Shown here: piece after piece, positions 19,155 to 30,671 of the stretch
How positions within the stretch are numbered: the first letter of the stretch is position 1
How the letters are laid out: the number at the start of each line of letters is the position of its first letter
Assembly: GCF_000354175.2 (NCBI RefSeq)
Contig: NC_022349.1
Location: 90,001 to 122,000, forward strand
Direction: 5' to 3'
DNA length: 32,000 bases
Source: Vibrio alginolyticus NBRC 15630 = ATCC 17749
Lineage (GTDB): Bacteria; Pseudomonadota; Gammaproteobacteria; Enterobacterales; Vibrionaceae
Position numbers and translations under genes: made by a program
Notes under the pieces: model-generated
Database searches by the model: none
The model's input: only the letters and a program-made list of their open reading frames with translations
Told to the model about the DNA's origin: nothing

Positions 19155-20159
19155 TTAGTTCATTTTTTTCACAGTATTTCGAATTACAAGCTCAGGTTGC
19201 ATTTCGAAAATTCGTTTTTCGTGTTCTTTATCTTTGATACGCTCAAGTAGAATTTCGAATGCATTTTTACCAACACGACGTTTAGGTTGGTGGATAGTCG
19301 TTAGCGGTGGAGAGAAGTATTCCGCAAGCTCGATGTTGTCGTAGCCGATCACTGAAATATCTTCAGGAATTTTGATCCCGTTTTGTTGCAAGCGGCTCAT
19401 TAGGCCTAGAGCCATTGTGTCGTTAAAACAGAATACCGCCGTCGGGCGCTTGTCCATTGCGGTAATTTTATCTGCAACTAATACGGCCGTATCACATTCA
19501 AAGTTACCTTCAAGGATCCAGTCTTCATTTACAGCTAGGTTCGCTTCACTCATTGCGCGACGGAAACCTGCAATGCGCTCTTGGCAAGCAAGCTTTTCAA
19601 AATGACCGCTTAGACAAGCGATATCCGTATGACCATTGTCAATCAGATGTTTGGTTGCAATGTAGCCACCTTCTTCTGAGTTATCCATGATCTTGTCTGC
19701 TTGTGAGCTCTCTGGGCCCCAATCCATGACCACTTTAGGAATGTCCGCATGACGGTCAAGCATCTCTTTTAGTTCTTCGGTTAAGTCAGAACACATCACT
19801 AGGATGCCATCAACGCGCTTTTCAGCCAGCATACGAATGTAATCGCGTTGTTTTTCGTAAATCCCGCCTGTGTTACATAAAATCAGAGTATAGCCTTGGC
19901 GGTAACAGTAGCTCTCAACGCCATCAATCACTTCTGAGAAAAATAGGTTAGTTGATTGAGTTACTAACATGCCAATCGTACGAGTTGAGTTGCATTTTAG
20001 GCTGCGTGCAACGGCACTTGGCGCGTAATTCAGCTCGTCAACGGCTTTCATTACTTTTTCTTGCGTTGCTTCTGCAACGAAACGCGTTTTATTGATAACG
20101 TGCGAAACTGTCGTAGTGGAAACGCCGGCTAAGCGAGCAACGTCTTTTATCGTGGCCAT
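19155..20159 (-). CDS. purR: Purine nucleotide synthesis repressor PurR (LacI family)
   Basis: I place the start at ATG 20159. [55 protein letters not shown] is the PurR HTH/hinge sequence, giving 334 aa. The listed 26-codon N-terminal extension is spurious. Confidence 0.93.
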   Translation of the reverse strand: MATIKDVARLAGVSTTTVSHVINKTRFVAEATQEKVMKAVDELNYAPSAVARSLKCNSTRTIGMLVTQSTNLFFSEVIDGVESYCYRQGYTLILCNTGGIYEKQRDYIRMLAEKRVDGILVMCSDLTEELKEMLDRHADIPKVVMDWGPESSQADKIMDNSEEGGYIATKHLIDNGHTDIACLSGHFEKLACQERIAGFRRAMSEANLAVNEDWILEGNFECDTAVLVADKITAMDKRPTAVFCFNDTMALGLMSRLQQNGIKIPEDISVIGYDNIELAEYFSPPLTTIHQPKRRVGKNAFEILLERIKDKEHEKRIFEMQPELVIRNTVKKMN

Positions 20160-20361
20160 AAATGGTGTCCTGTATCGAGCTACTGAAATATGTCGTATTG
20201 GATGTACCTGATGCTCTAATGGTTTCACACCTAGCAATATAAAATTGGCGCTAAGTGTCTCGGCAGCGGTTGATCCAAGTGCGACAAAAGGGTGCGTAGC
20301 AGCATCGGTCGATGAATTTTATCTTTTTTCTATCTGATGAGAAATTGCCATCAACCTGTTA

Positions 20362-20395
20362 AGAAAACACAAAAACCGCTATATTTCAGCGGTTT
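20362..20395 (-). terminator. Putative Rho-independent terminator (233 nt downstream of torD)
   Basis: Read on the minus strand: aaaccgc-tgaaatata-gcggttt followed by ttgtgttttctt. Confidence 0.55.
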
Positions 20396-20627
20396 ACATA
20401 TAAATCATATTTAATCGTTTGCGCTCACATTTTAGCCCTATGTGGACTGACTAGCAATGTTTTCAGCAAGAGATTTGTGTATTTGAAGTCACATTTTGAC
20501 TGCTAAATAACCAAGCGTCTTTGCGCTAAGTTAAGGCAAACGAATATTATACCCAAGTTACTTACAATTGGTCACTTTCAGGCATACAGGAAGCCCGATA
20601 GGCAGGCTCCCTAAAAATAGGCGGCAA

Positions 20628-21275
20628 TTATTCACCAAGAAGGTAGGCGCTGTCTAGTTTACAAAATGCAACTAATAGTTTCGCGACACTCGAGTAAAAT
20701 CCAAATTCGTCGAATTGTTTACATTTGTCTGAAAACTGAGGTAACCAAGACATCAATTGTTGCTGGATAAAGTCGTTTTGTTTAACGAAGGCTTCTTCCA
20801 TGTGTTTTTCTTGTTCAAGCTCGTTTGAGCGGATAATCATGTTCCCGAGAAAGTCGAGCTCAACGGCTAAGTGATCCGCAGGTTCCTTTAGGTTTTCGTC
20901 TACTTGAACGCCAAATTCAGCCATCAACTTTTCCATTTCCTCAGCTGGCTTGTCATTCAGTAAACCTGATTCACCAATGTACATGGATGCGTAAGGAAGA
21001 GCGCCGTATTTTTCTGTCTTCAAAAACAGTTCACAAAAGTCAGCTGCAAGCTCTAGTTGTGCATCTTCACGATCTTGTAACCGATTCAATGCATCAACTA
21101 GGCTATCAACAGCTGGTTTCAGCGACTCATTTTCACCTAAACCTGCGAGAAAACTGCGAATTTCAACACTGTGATAGGCTTCCAATTCTTTCTCTGTTAG
21201 TTCTTTTGCGAACAAGCTCGAAAACCACCAGTAAATTTCAGCGCGTTTTTCATTAAAAGCTTTCACTTCTTGCAT
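20628..21275 (-). CDS. torD: TMAO reductase-specific chaperone TorD family
   Basis: The 215-aa product has [20 protein letters not shown] and [13 protein letters not shown], matching the conserved TorD blocks of E. coli. SD GGAG lies 6 nt upstream. Confidence 0.88.
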   Translation of the reverse strand: MQEVKAFNEKRAEIYWWFSSLFAKELTEKELEAYHSVEIRSFLAGLGENESLKPAVDSLVDALNRLQDREDAQLELAADFCELFLKTEKYGALPYASMYIGESGLLNDKPAEEMEKLMAEFGVQVDENLKEPADHLAVELDFLGNMIIRSNELEQEKHMEEAFVKQNDFIQQQLMSWLPQFSDKCKQFDEFGFYSSVAKLLVAFCKLDSAYLLGE

Positions 21276-21541
21276 TTTGGGCTCCTGAATGATGCTTCAA
21301 GTCATGCATCACAAAGTCAATTAGGGATATCCCCTAAGTGTAATCAATTAAAATGAATAGCAGTAACTATAATTGTTATGTTTTATGGTCAAAAATGACC
21401 GTTTATTAATAGCAATGGGCAAGCTTGTTTTGAATCAATAAAAACGCTAAATCTTGCGTTTTAATGTATCTATGACTAGAAATGTTACTAGTTATGAATA
21501 GAATACGTCTTGGATAATAAGAAGACAGAAAAGTGGTGTAA

Positions 21542-22252
21542 ATGAGCTATCACGTATTAGTCGTAGAAGATGATGTTGTAACTCGTAGTAAGCTTGCGGG
21601 ATATTTCCAAAATGAGGGCTACCAAGTCAGCGAAGCAGAGAGTGGCGCAGAAATGCGTGAAGTTTTGCAAGCGGGCGATGTAGACCTGATCATGCTGGAT
21701 ATTAACCTGCCTGGTGAAGACGGCCTGATGCTTACTCGTGAGTTACGTAGCCAATCGGATATTGGTATCATATTAGTAACAGGACGCACGGATAGCATTG
21801 ATAAAATCGTAGGCCTAGAAATGGGTGCTGACGATTATGTGACAAAACCTTTTGAACTGAGAGAGCTGTTAGTTCGCGTTAAAAACTTGCTGTGGCGTAT
21901 TTCAGCAGCGCGCAGTGGCAGCTCGAAAGCGAATGAAACCAGTGAAGAGCACATTGTGCGCTTTGGGGAGTGGACATTCGACATTCAACGTCGCGCACTT
22001 AGCCGCAACGGTGAGCCAGTAAAACTAACTAAAGCAGAGTATGAACTTTTGGTGGCATTATCGTCTTATCCTAACCAGGTGTTAAGTCGTGAGCGTATTT
22101 TGAACATGATCAGCCATCGAGTGGATGCGCCGAATGACCGCACCATTGATGTTCTTATTCGACGTATGCGCGCAAAAATGGAGTTCGATCCTAAGAACCC
22201 ACAGATTTTTGTAACGGTACACGGCGAAGGCTATATGTTTGCTGGTGACTAG
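21542..22252 (+). CDS. torR: OmpR-family response regulator TorR
   Basis: The 236-aa product is strongly collinear with E. coli TorR (DLIMLDINLPGEDGLMLTRELR, GIILVTGRTDSIDKIVGLEMGADDYVTKPFELRELLVRVKNLLWRI, TIDVLIRRMR). It is divergent from torD. Confidence 0.88.
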   Translation: MSYHVLVVEDDVVTRSKLAGYFQNEGYQVSEAESGAEMREVLQAGDVDLIMLDINLPGEDGLMLTRELRSQSDIGIILVTGRTDSIDKIVGLEMGADDYVTKPFELRELLVRVKNLLWRISAARSGSSKANETSEEHIVRFGEWTFDIQRRALSRNGEPVKLTKAEYELLVALSSYPNQVLSRERILNMISHRVDAPNDRTIDVLIRRMRAKMEFDPKNPQIFVTVHGEGYMFAGD

Positions 22253-22275
22253 TTGGAACATAACTCAATCGTAAA

Positions 22276-22307
22276 AAGAAAAAGGAGAGCTTGGGCTCTC
22301 CTTTTTT
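22276..22307. terminator. Bidirectional Rho-independent terminator (torR / elyC convergent)
   Basis: Stem-loop aaaaggagagc-ttgg-gctctcctttt, with an A-run upstream and a T-run downstream. Confidence 0.88.
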
Positions 22308-22324
22308 GTGGCTTCAAGATAATA

Positions 22325-23110
22325 CTAGTTTGCTTCAACCATTGGTGTTTGGCCGACAGTATCACGCAACCTTTGCCAAATACTGCCCAAGTACTCATGC
22401 CAATAAAGCTCTGTTTGTTCTAAGTAACGCGCTTTAGGTGAGTATTTATCCCAAGGTTGACTTATCTCGCTAATAGCTAAGAAGTTGGTCGGGGCTGGGA
22501 TTGGTTTAATGCCTGCTGCGTTGAACTCATACAATGCACGGCTCATGTGACTCGCAGAAGTGACTAACACAATCTCCTTTTGTTGAACGAATGCAGCCGC
22601 TTGACGCGCCTCTTCCCACGTATCTTTCGCATCTTCTAATAAAATGATATCGGATTTCGCGACTCCCAACGCAAGGGCAACGTTCGCCATCATTCGCGCG
22701 TGGCTAATTTCAGATCCGCCAGCATAGCCGGATAAGATTAATTTCGCGCCTGGATACATTCTTAAAATACGAATGCCCTCAGTTAAGCGCATTAATGCTG
22801 CACGGCTTAACTGCGAGGTGGGTGGAATTTCGTCATCGATAACATGACCATTCCCTAAAACCATCACGTAGTCGATGGTGCCAGAAACTGGCAAAAAGGC
22901 TTTATGCTCTCGCTCTAACGGCATAAGAAGCTTGGTTGAAACAGGTTGGAAGGCAACAAGAAAAATGCCAACAAAAGAGAATAGAACAACGAAGCAGCCA
23001 GTTTTACGTTTTGTAGTAAAACTAATGAGAGCAAGACCCAACAAGCCTATCAGCAGCAATGCCGGAAGGGGCATAAGCATGGCTGACACTACTTTTTTCA
23101 GCTCAAACAT
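22325..23110 (-). CDS. elyC: Envelope biogenesis factor ElyC/YcbC (DUF218)
   Basis: The 261-aa product has N-terminal TM segments and a DUF218 core (VLGNGH...SGYAGG...LVTSASHMSRA). It is divergent from cmoM-mukFEB, exactly as ycbC is in E. coli. Confidence 0.85.
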   Translation of the reverse strand: MFELKKVVSAMLMPLPALLLIGLLGLALISFTTKRKTGCFVVLFSFVGIFLVAFQPVSTKLLMPLEREHKAFLPVSGTIDYVMVLGNGHVIDDEIPPTSQLSRAALMRLTEGIRILRMYPGAKLILSGYAGGSEISHARMMANVALALGVAKSDIILLEDAKDTWEEARQAAAFVQQKEIVLVTSASHMSRALYEFNAAGIKPIPAPTNFLAISEISQPWDKYSPKARYLEQTELYWHEYLGSIWQRLRDTVGQTPMVEAN

Positions 23111-23224
23111 ACATAAATAGTCCGAAAAAACATCAATTGATAATAAAAATGAGGGTATCCCTCTTTATTCCTGCTTTCCTTGTGCCAGAATAGCGGCACA
23201 ATCCGTTATGATAACTCAGCAGAA

Positions 23225-24016
23225 GTGACAGAAGACCGCAATTTCGACGATATCGCCCACAAATTTGCAAAAAATATTTACGGCTCCGATAAAGGGGAGA
23301 TCCGCCAAATCATTGTGTGGGAAGATTTTCTACAGATTCTAAGTGAATTAGATGCTGACCAGCAACCCCTAGAAGTGTTGGACGCTGGTGGTGGTTTGGC
23401 ACAAATGTCGCAAAAGCTTGCTAAGCTCGGACATCGAATCGCTTTATGTGATCTATCTTCGGAAATGCTGCAGTTGGCTAAGCAGGATATTGAAAAAAAC
23501 GGTTTGCTTGAGCAGTATCGCCTGATTCATTCGCCTGTCCAATCCATCGGTGAACATATGGATGGACAGGTCGATCTGGTTATGTTCCACGCTGTGATGG
23601 AGTGGCTGGTTGATCCTAAGGCCGCACTTGAAACAGTTCTAGAGCAAGTAAAACCGGGAGGCATCGCATCAGTCATGTTCTACAACCACCACGGTTTAGT
23701 CTATAAAAATGTGGTTTGTGGCAACATTCCTCATATTTTAGACGGCATGCCTCACCGGAAAAGATTTAAACTACAGCCGCAGAAAGGCCTAAAACCCGAA
23801 GAGGTCTATCAATGGATAGAAGATTCTGGTTTTAGTATTTGTGGCAAATCTGGTATTCGTTCCTTCAGTGATTACATAGGCAATATGCAATACATGGGCG
23901 ATTACGAGTTTGAAGATGTGTTGGCGCTAGAAAAACAACTTTGTCGACAAGAGCCATACCTCTCATTAGGCCGCTACATACACGTGTGGGCTAAGAAGAA
24001 CGATAAACAGGAATAA
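23225..24016 (+). CDS. cmoM: tRNA 5-carboxymethoxyuridine methyltransferase CmoM (SmtA)
   Basis: From GTG 23225 the product reads (M)[20 protein letters not shown], aligning with the E. coli CmoM N-terminus [16 protein letters not shown] motif VLDAGGG and C-terminal [16 protein letters not shown] are present. There is no in-frame ATG; the alternative is TTG 23180. Confidence 0.85.
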   Translation: MTEDRNFDDIAHKFAKNIYGSDKGEIRQIIVWEDFLQILSELDADQQPLEVLDAGGGLAQMSQKLAKLGHRIALCDLSSEMLQLAKQDIEKNGLLEQYRLIHSPVQSIGEHMDGQVDLVMFHAVMEWLVDPKAALETVLEQVKPGGIASVMFYNHHGLVYKNVVCGNIPHILDGMPHRKRFKLQPQKGLKPEEVYQWIEDSGFSICGKSGIRSFSDYIGNMQYMGDYEFEDVLALEKQLCRQEPYLSLGRYIHVWAKKNDKQE

Positions 24017-24018
24017 CG

Positions 24019-25356
24019 ATGAGTGAGATGACTCTCAATGCTGCAGAGCAACCAATCGATGAGTTGGTTGGCTGGGTTAAGCAGCACGATTTCTCGTTGA
24101 ACCTGACCACTGAGCGATTGGCATTTTTGATTGCCATCGCTGTACTAAGTAATGAAAGGTTCGATGAAGAATTGGGTGAAGGTGAATTGCACGACGCATT
24201 TGCCATCGTCACTCGACTTTTTGATGAGACCGGCGAAGCTTCGGCTTTCCGTGCGAACAATGCCATCAACGAGATGGTTAAGCAGCGTCTTATGAGCCGT
24301 TTTGTCAGTGAGATTACTGACGGAGCGAGCATTTACCGCTTGTCGCCATTAGCGATAGGAATTACCGACTACTACGTGCGTCATCGCGAGTTCTCGAAAC
24401 TGCGTCTTTCTATCCAGCTATCGATGGTAGCGGATGAAATGGCAAAAGCGATTGAAGCTGCACAAAAGGGTGGCACTCCGGGCCACTGGAAGAAAAACGT
24501 TTACGGAATTTTGAAATATTCTGTAGGCGAGATCTTCGATCAAATCGACCTTAACCAACGTGTGATGGATGAGCAGCAACAGTCTGTTAAACAACAGATT
24601 GCTGATCTGCTTAACAAAGACTGGCGTGAAGCGATCAACAACTGTGAAGCGCTACTGTCAGAAACGTCGAGCACGTTGCGTGAACTTCAAGATACGCTGC
24701 AAGCTGCCAGTGATGAACTGCAAACTCAGATCCTAGATATTCAAGAAATTGTTTACGGTGACCCTGAGCTGGAGTTCATCGAAGAAGCCTTGTTTGGTCT
24801 GCAAATGAAGCTGGACCGAATCACAAGCTGGGGCCAGCAAGCGATCGATCTCTGGATTGGTTATGACAGACACGTACACAAGTTTATCCGTACTGCTATT
24901 GATATGGATAAGAACCGTGCGTTTAGCTCGCGTCTGCGTCAATCCGTCAAAGATTACTTCGATGCGCCTTGGTATCTGACTTATGCAGATGCGGAAAGGC
25001 TTTCTGACCTTCGTGATGAAGCCCTAGTACTGCGTGATGACGAGGTAACGGGTCAAGTTCCGATGGAAGTAGAATACGAAGAGTTTCAACAAGTCAATGA
25101 TGAGTTGGCAGAGCGAATTGGTGACATGCTAAAAGCGCATAAAGATCAAGGCACACCAATCGACTTGAGCGTGGTACTGCGAGATTACCTTGCACAACAC
25201 CCATACACTCATCACTTTGATTTAGCTCGCATTGTCGTTGATCAGGCGGTACGTCTGGGTTACTCAGAATCCGACTACCAAGCTGTTCAGCCAGACTGGA
25301 AAGCAATCAACGAATTTGGGGCAAAGGTACAAGCGAATGTCATCGACCGATACTAA
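24019..25356 (+). CDS. mukF: Chromosome partition protein MukF (kleisin)
   Basis: The 445-aa product is collinear with E. coli MukF ([26 protein letters not shown]). It starts 2 nt after the cmoM stop. Confidence 0.95.
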   Translation: MSEMTLNAAEQPIDELVGWVKQHDFSLNLTTERLAFLIAIAVLSNERFDEELGEGELHDAFAIVTRLFDETGEASAFRANNAINEMVKQRLMSRFVSEITDGASIYRLSPLAIGITDYYVRHREFSKLRLSIQLSMVADEMAKAIEAAQKGGTPGHWKKNVYGILKYSVGEIFDQIDLNQRVMDEQQQSVKQQIADLLNKDWREAINNCEALLSETSSTLRELQDTLQAASDELQTQILDIQEIVYGDPELEFIEEALFGLQMKLDRITSWGQQAIDLWIGYDRHVHKFIRTAIDMDKNRAFSSRLRQSVKDYFDAPWYLTYADAERLSDLRDEALVLRDDEVTGQVPMEVEYEEFQQVNDELAERIGDMLKAHKDQGTPIDLSVVLRDYLAQHPYTHHFDLARIVVDQAVRLGYSESDYQAVQPDWKAINEFGAKVQANVIDRY

Positions 25357-26062
25357 TGAATACATGTCAGAGAATCTGGCAAAAGCAATTTCTAACCCTC
25401 TGTTCCCAGCGCTAGACAGCATGCTTCGAGCAGGGCGTCATATCTCAAGTGAAGATCTAGACAACCACGCGTTGTTGTCGGATTTCGAACTTGAGCTTTC
25501 TTCTTTCTACCAACGCTACAACACCGAATTGGTGAAAGCGCCAGAAGGTTTCTTCTACCTTCGTCCACGTTCAACATCTCTGATTGGCCGTAGTGTTCTT
25601 TCTGAACTGGATATGCTGGTGGGTAAGGTACTGTGTTTCCTTTACCTAAGCCCAGAGCGTCTTGCGCACGAAGGCATCTTCACTAACCAAGAGCTGTACG
25701 ACGAACTGCTTGCTCTAGCAGATGAAAATAAGCTGATGAAGCTAGTGACGAACCGTGCTACCGGTTCTGACCTTGATAAAGAAAAGCTGTTTGAAAAAGT
25801 ACGTACGTCACTTCGTCGTCTGCGTCGCCTAGGCATGATCATCAACATCGGTGAGACCGGTAAATTCAGCATCAGTGAAGCGGTATTCCGCTTTGGTGCC
25901 GATGTACGTATTGGCGATGATATGCGTGAAGCGCAATTGCGTCTGATCCGTGATGGTGAAGCGGTAGTGCACACCAAAGAGCCAAGCCAAGGCAGCCTAT
26001 TGTCTGAAGAAGATCAAGACGACCAAGCCCAAGAAGAAACAACAGAAGAGGGTGAAGCATGA
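25337..26062 (+). CDS. mukE: Chromosome partition protein MukE
   Basis: I place the start at ATG 25337. [36 protein letters not shown] parallels E. coli [36 protein letters not shown]. It overlaps mukF by 20 nt and has an acidic C-terminal tail. Confidence 0.93.
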   Translation: MSSTDTNEYMSENLAKAISNPLFPALDSMLRAGRHISSEDLDNHALLSDFELELSSFYQRYNTELVKAPEGFFYLRPRSTSLIGRSVLSELDMLVGKVLCFLYLSPERLAHEGIFTNQELYDELLALADENKLMKLVTNRATGSDLDKEKLFEKVRTSLRRLRRLGMIINIGETGKFSISEAVFRFGADVRIGDDMREAQLRLIRDGEAVVHTKEPSQGSLLSEEDQDDQAQEETTEEGEA

Positions 26063-29000
26063 GCATGATTGAACGCGGTAAATACCAATCGCTGACCATG
26101 GTCAACTGGAACGGCTTCTTTGCCCGTACGTTTGACATCGATGGTCTGGTCACCACGCTATCAGGTGGTAACGGTGCAGGTAAATCAACCACAATGGCGG
26201 CGTTCATCACCGCATTGATTCCTGACCAAACGCTGCTGCACTTCCGTAACACGACAGAAGCAGGCAGCAGCCAATCGTCTCGCGACAAAGGTTTGTACGG
26301 TAAGCTACAGCCGGGCGCATGTTATGCGGCGCTAGACGTGGTGAACTCACGTAACCAACGCCTATTGTTTGCAGTAAAACTACAGCAAGTTGCGGGTCGT
26401 GATAAGAAAGTAGACATCAAACCGTTTGTGATCCAAGGTCTTCCAAGCCATGTGAAACCAACGGATATCTTGGTTGAAAGCGTATCTGCGACTCAAGCTC
26501 GTGTACGTCAAATCAACGAAGTAAAAGAATCGATCGCGGAATTTGAAGGCGTTCAGTTCAAAGCGTTCTCTTCTATCGTGGATTACCACGCACAAATGTT
26601 TGAATTCGGTGTGATTCCGAAGAAACTGCGTAACTCTGGTGACCGTTCTAAATTCTACCGCCTGATCGAAGCATCGCTTTACGGTGGTATCTCAAGTGCG
26701 ATTACCCGTTCGCTACGTGACTACCTTCTGCCACAAAACGGCGGCGTGAAGAAAGCGTTCCAAGATATGGAATCGGCGCTGCGTGAAAACCGCATGACGC
26801 TAGAAGCGATCAAAACTACGCAAGCAGACCGTGACTTGTTCAAACACTTGATCACAGAGTCGACTAACTACGTGGCAGCGGACTATATGCGCCATGCTAA
26901 CGAGCGTCGTAAAAAACTAGAACAGACATTGTCTTTGCGTTCAGAGTTATTTGGTTCTCGCGAGACCTTGATTGAGCAAAACAATCTGCTTAATCGCGTT
27001 CAAGAAGAGCTGGAACTGCTGATCGAATCAGAATCTTCTTTAGAGCAAGACTACCAAGCGGCTTCTGATCACTTGCAACTGGTGCAAAACGCGCTGCGTC
27101 AGCAAGAGAAGATCGAACGCTACCAAGAAGATCTTGAAGAGCTGAGCGAGCGTCTTGAAGAACAAATGATGGTAGTGGAAGAAGCGCAAGAACGCGTGAT
27201 GATGGCTGAAGAGCAAGCTACCGTTGCAGAAGAAGAGGTGGATAGCCTTAAGACGCAACTTGCTGATTACCAGCAAGCTCTTGACGTTCAGCAAACTCGC
27301 GCCCTTCAATATCAACAAGCAGTTCAAGCGCTGGAGAAAGCGAAGCAGCTACTTGGCGATGACAGCCTAACGGCGGAATCGGCTCAAGCGCTTGTCTCTG
27401 AGCTTAAGAGCAAAGAATCAGAACACACCAATGCGTTGCTATCGGTTAAGCACAAACTGGACATGTCCTCTGCAGCGGCAGAGCAGTTTGAAACCGCGCT
27501 TAAACTGGTACAAAGCATCGTTGGTCAAGTTGAGCGCAAAGACGCGTCTGAACATGCGAAAACTGCAATCGCGAAAGCGCGTGAGTCACAACAAATCGCA
27601 CAAAACGAACAGCAATGGCGAGCACAACACCGTGATCTCGAACGCAGCCTTAACCAGCAGCGTCAAGCACGTGAACTGGTTGCTGAATACAAAAAGCAAT
27701 ATCACGTTGAACTAACCGATGAGGTTACGTTTGAACAAGAACGTGAACGTCATGCGACGCAAATCGAATCACTAGAGATAGCTCAAGAAGAAGTTCGTGA
27801 TCAGCGTGGTGAACAGCGCCGTCTAGAGCAAAACGCGGTGGCAGAAATCAGTAAGCTTGAAGCAATAGCACCAGCTTGGATCGCGGCGAACGATGCGCTA
27901 GAGAAACTGAGAGAGCAGAGCGGTGAAGAGCTTGAGGATCGCCATGCGGTAATGAACCACATGCAAGTTGTCCTTGAACAAGAAAGGGAGCTGTCTTTAG
28001 CTAAAGATAAGCTTGCTGAGCGCCGTAGCCAGCTAGACTCTGAGATTGAGCGTCTTGCTTCTCCTGGTGGTTCAAATGACCCTCGCCTGAAAGGTTTGGC
28101 AGATACGCTGGGCGGTGTATTGCTGTCTGAGATCTACGATGACATCACGATTGATGACGCGCCTTATTTCAGTGCGATGTACGGTCCGGCTCGTCACGCT
28201 ATCGTTGTTTCTGACTTGTCAGGCATCGAAGAGAAACTGGTAGAGCTAGACGACTGTCCAGAAGACTTGTACATCATTGAAGGTGACATCGATGCCTTTG
28301 ATGACAGCTCGTTCGATGCAGAAGAGTTAGAGGGCGCGGTTTGCGTTCGTATGAACGATCGCCAAATGCGTTACTCTCGCTTGCCTGAGATCCCATTGTT
28401 TGGCCGTGCGGCACGTGAGCAGCGTCTAGAGTTGCTGCGTAACGAACGAGAAGAAGTGGTAGAGAAACACGCAAAAGCGGCGTTTGATTCTCAGAAAATG
28501 CAGCGCTTGTACCAAGCGTTTAACCTATTTGTGTCTAACCACATTCAGGTTGCTTTTGACGCCGATCCAGAACAAGCACTGGCAACTATTCGTGATAAGC
28601 GTAACCAAATTGCTCGCGTGTTGGCGGATCTGGATGTGAAAGAGCAACAACAACGTTCTCAGCTTCAAACCAGCAAGCAAGCGTTGTCTTCTCTGGACAA
28701 GCTAGCGTCACACATGGTGCTTGTTGAAGATGAGTCATTGCAAGCGCGTTTTGATGAGCTAGAAGAGAAAATCGCTCAGCTTGCAGAGGCGAAGAACTTC
28801 TTAAGCAACCATGCAAAAGCCGTCGCGCAATTAGAGAATATTGCGTCTGCGCTTGATGCTGACCCAGAGCAATTCGACGCGCTAGAAGCAGAATACAAAG
28901 CGGCAGACGAACAGCTACAAGATCTTAAGAAGCAAATCTTTGCACTCTCAGATCTCGTTGAGCGTCGCCACTACTTCGCTTACTCAGATTCAGTAGACCT

Positions 29001-30528
29001 ACTGAACAAGAGCAGCGAACTGAGCGAGCAGCTAAAAGCAAAACTGGTTCAAGCTGAACAAATGCGTACACGCTCTCGTGAAGAGTTGAAACAGTCGCAA
29101 GGCCAAATGAACCAATACAACCAAGTATTGGCGTCATTGAAGAGTTCACACCAAGCGAAACTGGAAACGGTTCAAGAGTTCAAACAAGAACTTCAAGAGT
29201 TTGGCGTGAACGCGGACGAAGGTGCTGAAGAACGTGCAATGCGTCGTCGTGATGAATTGCATGAGCGTCTACACACGTCTCGTAGCCGTAAGAGCGAATA
29301 CGAGCGCACAATCACCTCTACTGAACTAGAGATGAAAGGCTTGGCGAAACGTCTGAAGAAAGTTCAGAAAGAATACGTTGAGCTACGTACCTTTGTGGTT
29401 GCAGCGAAAGCTGGCTGGTGCTCTGTACTTCGTCTGGCGCGCGAGAACGATGTTGAACGTCGTCTACACAAGCGTGAACTGGCTTACATGTCAGCGGATG
29501 AACTGCGTTCGATGTCGGATAAATCACTGGGTGCGCTGCGTCTAGCGGTTGCGAACAATGACGACCTGCGTGATGCGCTGCGTCTATCAGAAGACAACGC
29601 TCGCCCAGAGCGTAAAGTTCTGTTCTATATTGCTGTATACCAACACCTTCGTGAGCGTATTCGTCAGGATATCATCCGTACTGATGACCCAGTTGAAGCA
29701 ATCGAAGAGATGGAAGTCGAGCTGGCGCGTCTAACGGAAGAGCTAACGCAACGTGAAAACCGTCTAGCGATCAGCTCTGAGTCGGTAGCGAGCATCATCA
29801 AGAAGACGATTCAGCGTGAGCAAAACCGTATTCGTATGCTGAATCAAGGCTTGTCGAACATTTCGTTTGGTCAGGTGAAGGGCGTACGTCTAAACGTGAA
29901 GATCCGCGAAAGTCACGAAGTGCTACTGAACGGTCTAGCGACACAACAAGAGCAGCACAAAGACCTGTTTGAATCGACTCGCTTTACTTTCTCCGAAGCA
30001 ATGGCGAAGCTGTTCCAACGTGTGAACCCACATATCGATATGGGTCAACGTTCTCCTCAGGTTTTGGGTGAAGAGCTACTGGATTACCGTAACTACCTAG
30101 AGCTAAGTGTAGAAGTGAACCGTGGTACAGATGGTTGGCTACAGGCTGAGTCTGGCGCGCTATCAACAGGTGAGGCGATCGGTACTGGTCAGTCAATCCT
30201 ACTGATGGTTGTTCAAAGCTGGGAAGAAGAATCACGCCGCCTGCGCAGTAAAGACATTGTGCCTTGTCGTCTGCTGTTCTTAGATGAAGCAGCGCGTCTG
30301 GATGCGAAATCGATCGCGACATTGTTCGAATTGTGTGACCGTCTGGATATGCAGCTTCTTATCGCGGCACCAGAAAACATCAGCCCAGAGAAAGGTACGA
30401 CCTACAAACTGGTGCGTAAGGTGTTTAAAGACCACGAACACGTACACGTAGTGGGTCTGCGCGGTTTTGGTCAAACGGATAAGCCTAAGACCGAAGCACA
30501 AGAGATGATTGAAGAGTTTGAATCGTAA
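26059..30528 (+). CDS. mukB: Chromosome partition protein MukB (SMC-like condensin ATPase)
   Basis: The 1489-aa product has Walker [10 protein letters not shown], long coiled-coil arms, and a C-terminal signature/Walker B ([19 protein letters not shown]). ATG 26059 overlaps the mukE TGA stop (ATGA). ATG 26065 is an alternative that matches the E. coli MIERGK start. Confidence 0.96.
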   Translation: MSMIERGKYQSLTMVNWNGFFARTFDIDGLVTTLSGGNGAGKSTTMAAFITALIPDQTLLHFRNTTEAGSSQSSRDKGLYGKLQPGACYAALDVVNSRNQRLLFAVKLQQVAGRDKKVDIKPFVIQGLPSHVKPTDILVESVSATQARVRQINEVKESIAEFEGVQFKAFSSIVDYHAQMFEFGVIPKKLRNSGDRSKFYRLIEASLYGGISSAITRSLRDYLLPQNGGVKKAFQDMESALRENRMTLEAIKTTQADRDLFKHLITESTNYVAADYMRHANERRKKLEQTLSLRSELFGSRETLIEQNNLLNRVQEELELLIESESSLEQDYQAASDHLQLVQNALRQQEKIERYQEDLEELSERLEEQMMVVEEAQERVMMAEEQATVAEEEVDSLKTQLADYQQALDVQQTRALQYQQAVQALEKAKQLLGDDSLTAESAQALVSELKSKESEHTNALLSVKHKLDMSSAAAEQFETALKLVQSIVGQVERKDASEHAKTAIAKARESQQIAQNEQQWRAQHRDLERSLNQQRQARELVAEYKKQYHVELTDEVTFEQERERHATQIESLEIAQEEVRDQRGEQRRLEQNAVAEISKLEAIAPAWIAANDALEKLREQSGEELEDRHAVMNHMQVVLEQERELSLAKDKLAERRSQLDSEIERLASPGGSNDPRLKGLADTLGGVLLSEIYDDITIDDAPYFSAMYGPARHAIVVSDLSGIEEKLVELDDCPEDLYIIEGDIDAFDDSSFDAEELEGAVCVRMNDRQMRYSRLPEIPLFGRAAREQRLELLRNEREEVVEKHAKAAFDSQKMQRLYQAFNLFVSNHIQVAFDADPEQALATIRDKRNQIARVLADLDVKEQQQRSQLQTSKQALSSLDKLASHMVLVEDESLQARFDELEEKIAQLAEAKNFLSNHAKAVAQLENIASALDADPEQFDALEAEYKAADEQLQDLKKQIFALSDLVERRHYFAYSDSVDLLNKSSELSEQLKAKLVQAEQMRTRSREELKQSQGQMNQYNQVLASLKSSHQAKLETVQEFKQELQEFGVNADEGAEERAMRRRDELHERLHTSRSRKSEYERTITSTELEMKGLAKRLKKVQKEYVELRTFVVAAKAGWCSVLRLARENDVERRLHKRELAYMSADELRSMSDKSLGALRLAVANNDDLRDALRLSEDNARPERKVLFYIAVYQHLRERIRQDIIRTDDPVEAIEEMEVELARLTEELTQRENRLAISSESVASIIKKTIQREQNRIRMLNQGLSNISFGQVKGVRLNVKIRESHEVLLNGLATQQEQHKDLFESTRFTFSEAMAKLFQRVNPHIDMGQRSPQVLGEELLDYRNYLELSVEVNRGTDGWLQAESGALSTGEAIGTGQSILLMVVQSWEEESRRLRSKDIVPCRLLFLDEAARLDAKSIATLFELCDRLDMQLLIAAPENISPEKGTTYKLVRKVFKDHEHVHVVGLRGFGQTDKPKTEAQEMIEEFES

Positions 30529-30542
30529 ACTTCGAATCTAAC

Positions 30543-30572
30543 AAAACGCCCGCAATGAATGCGGGCGTTTTT
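30543..30572 (+). terminator. Rho-independent terminator of the muk operon
   Basis: Stem-loop aacgcccgca-atgaa-tgcgggcgtt is followed by tttg. Confidence 0.85.
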
Positions 30573-30608
30573 GTATCTGTTTACGAGGCAGGCTTCGAAA
30601 TACATAAG

Positions 30609-30644
30609 ATAAGCCGAGACTGTAGGACGGCAGTCTCGGCTTAT
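30609..30644. repeat. Perfect 14-bp inverted repeat (stem-loop); possible terminator for the minus-strand small ORF
   Basis: The repeat reads ataagccgagactg-taggacgg-cagtctcggcttat. On the minus strand it is followed by cuuauguauuucg, a moderate U content. There is no T-run on the plus strand. Confidence 0.6.
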
Positions 30645-30671
30645 TAACGGAACTTAATGAGGAAGCGACGT

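Noticed and set aside
23151-23163. Mini hairpin GAGGG-TAT-CCCTC flanked by A/T runs between divergent elyC and cmoM.
   Set aside because: The stem is only 5 bp and the hairpin sits in a promoter region where no terminator is expected. It is probably fortuitous or part of a promoter UP/spacer element.
25642-26288. Long minus-strand ORFs (111 aa and 138 aa) antisense to mukE/mukB. Similar ones lie antisense in mukB (26380..26595, 27040..27327, 28274..30501) and at cmoM/mukF (23991..24332).
   Set aside because: They are embedded opposite strongly conserved genes. Their products are Arg/Ser/Leu-rich and low-complexity, as expected from the antisense frame of codon-biased genes. They have no SD and no recognisable domains.
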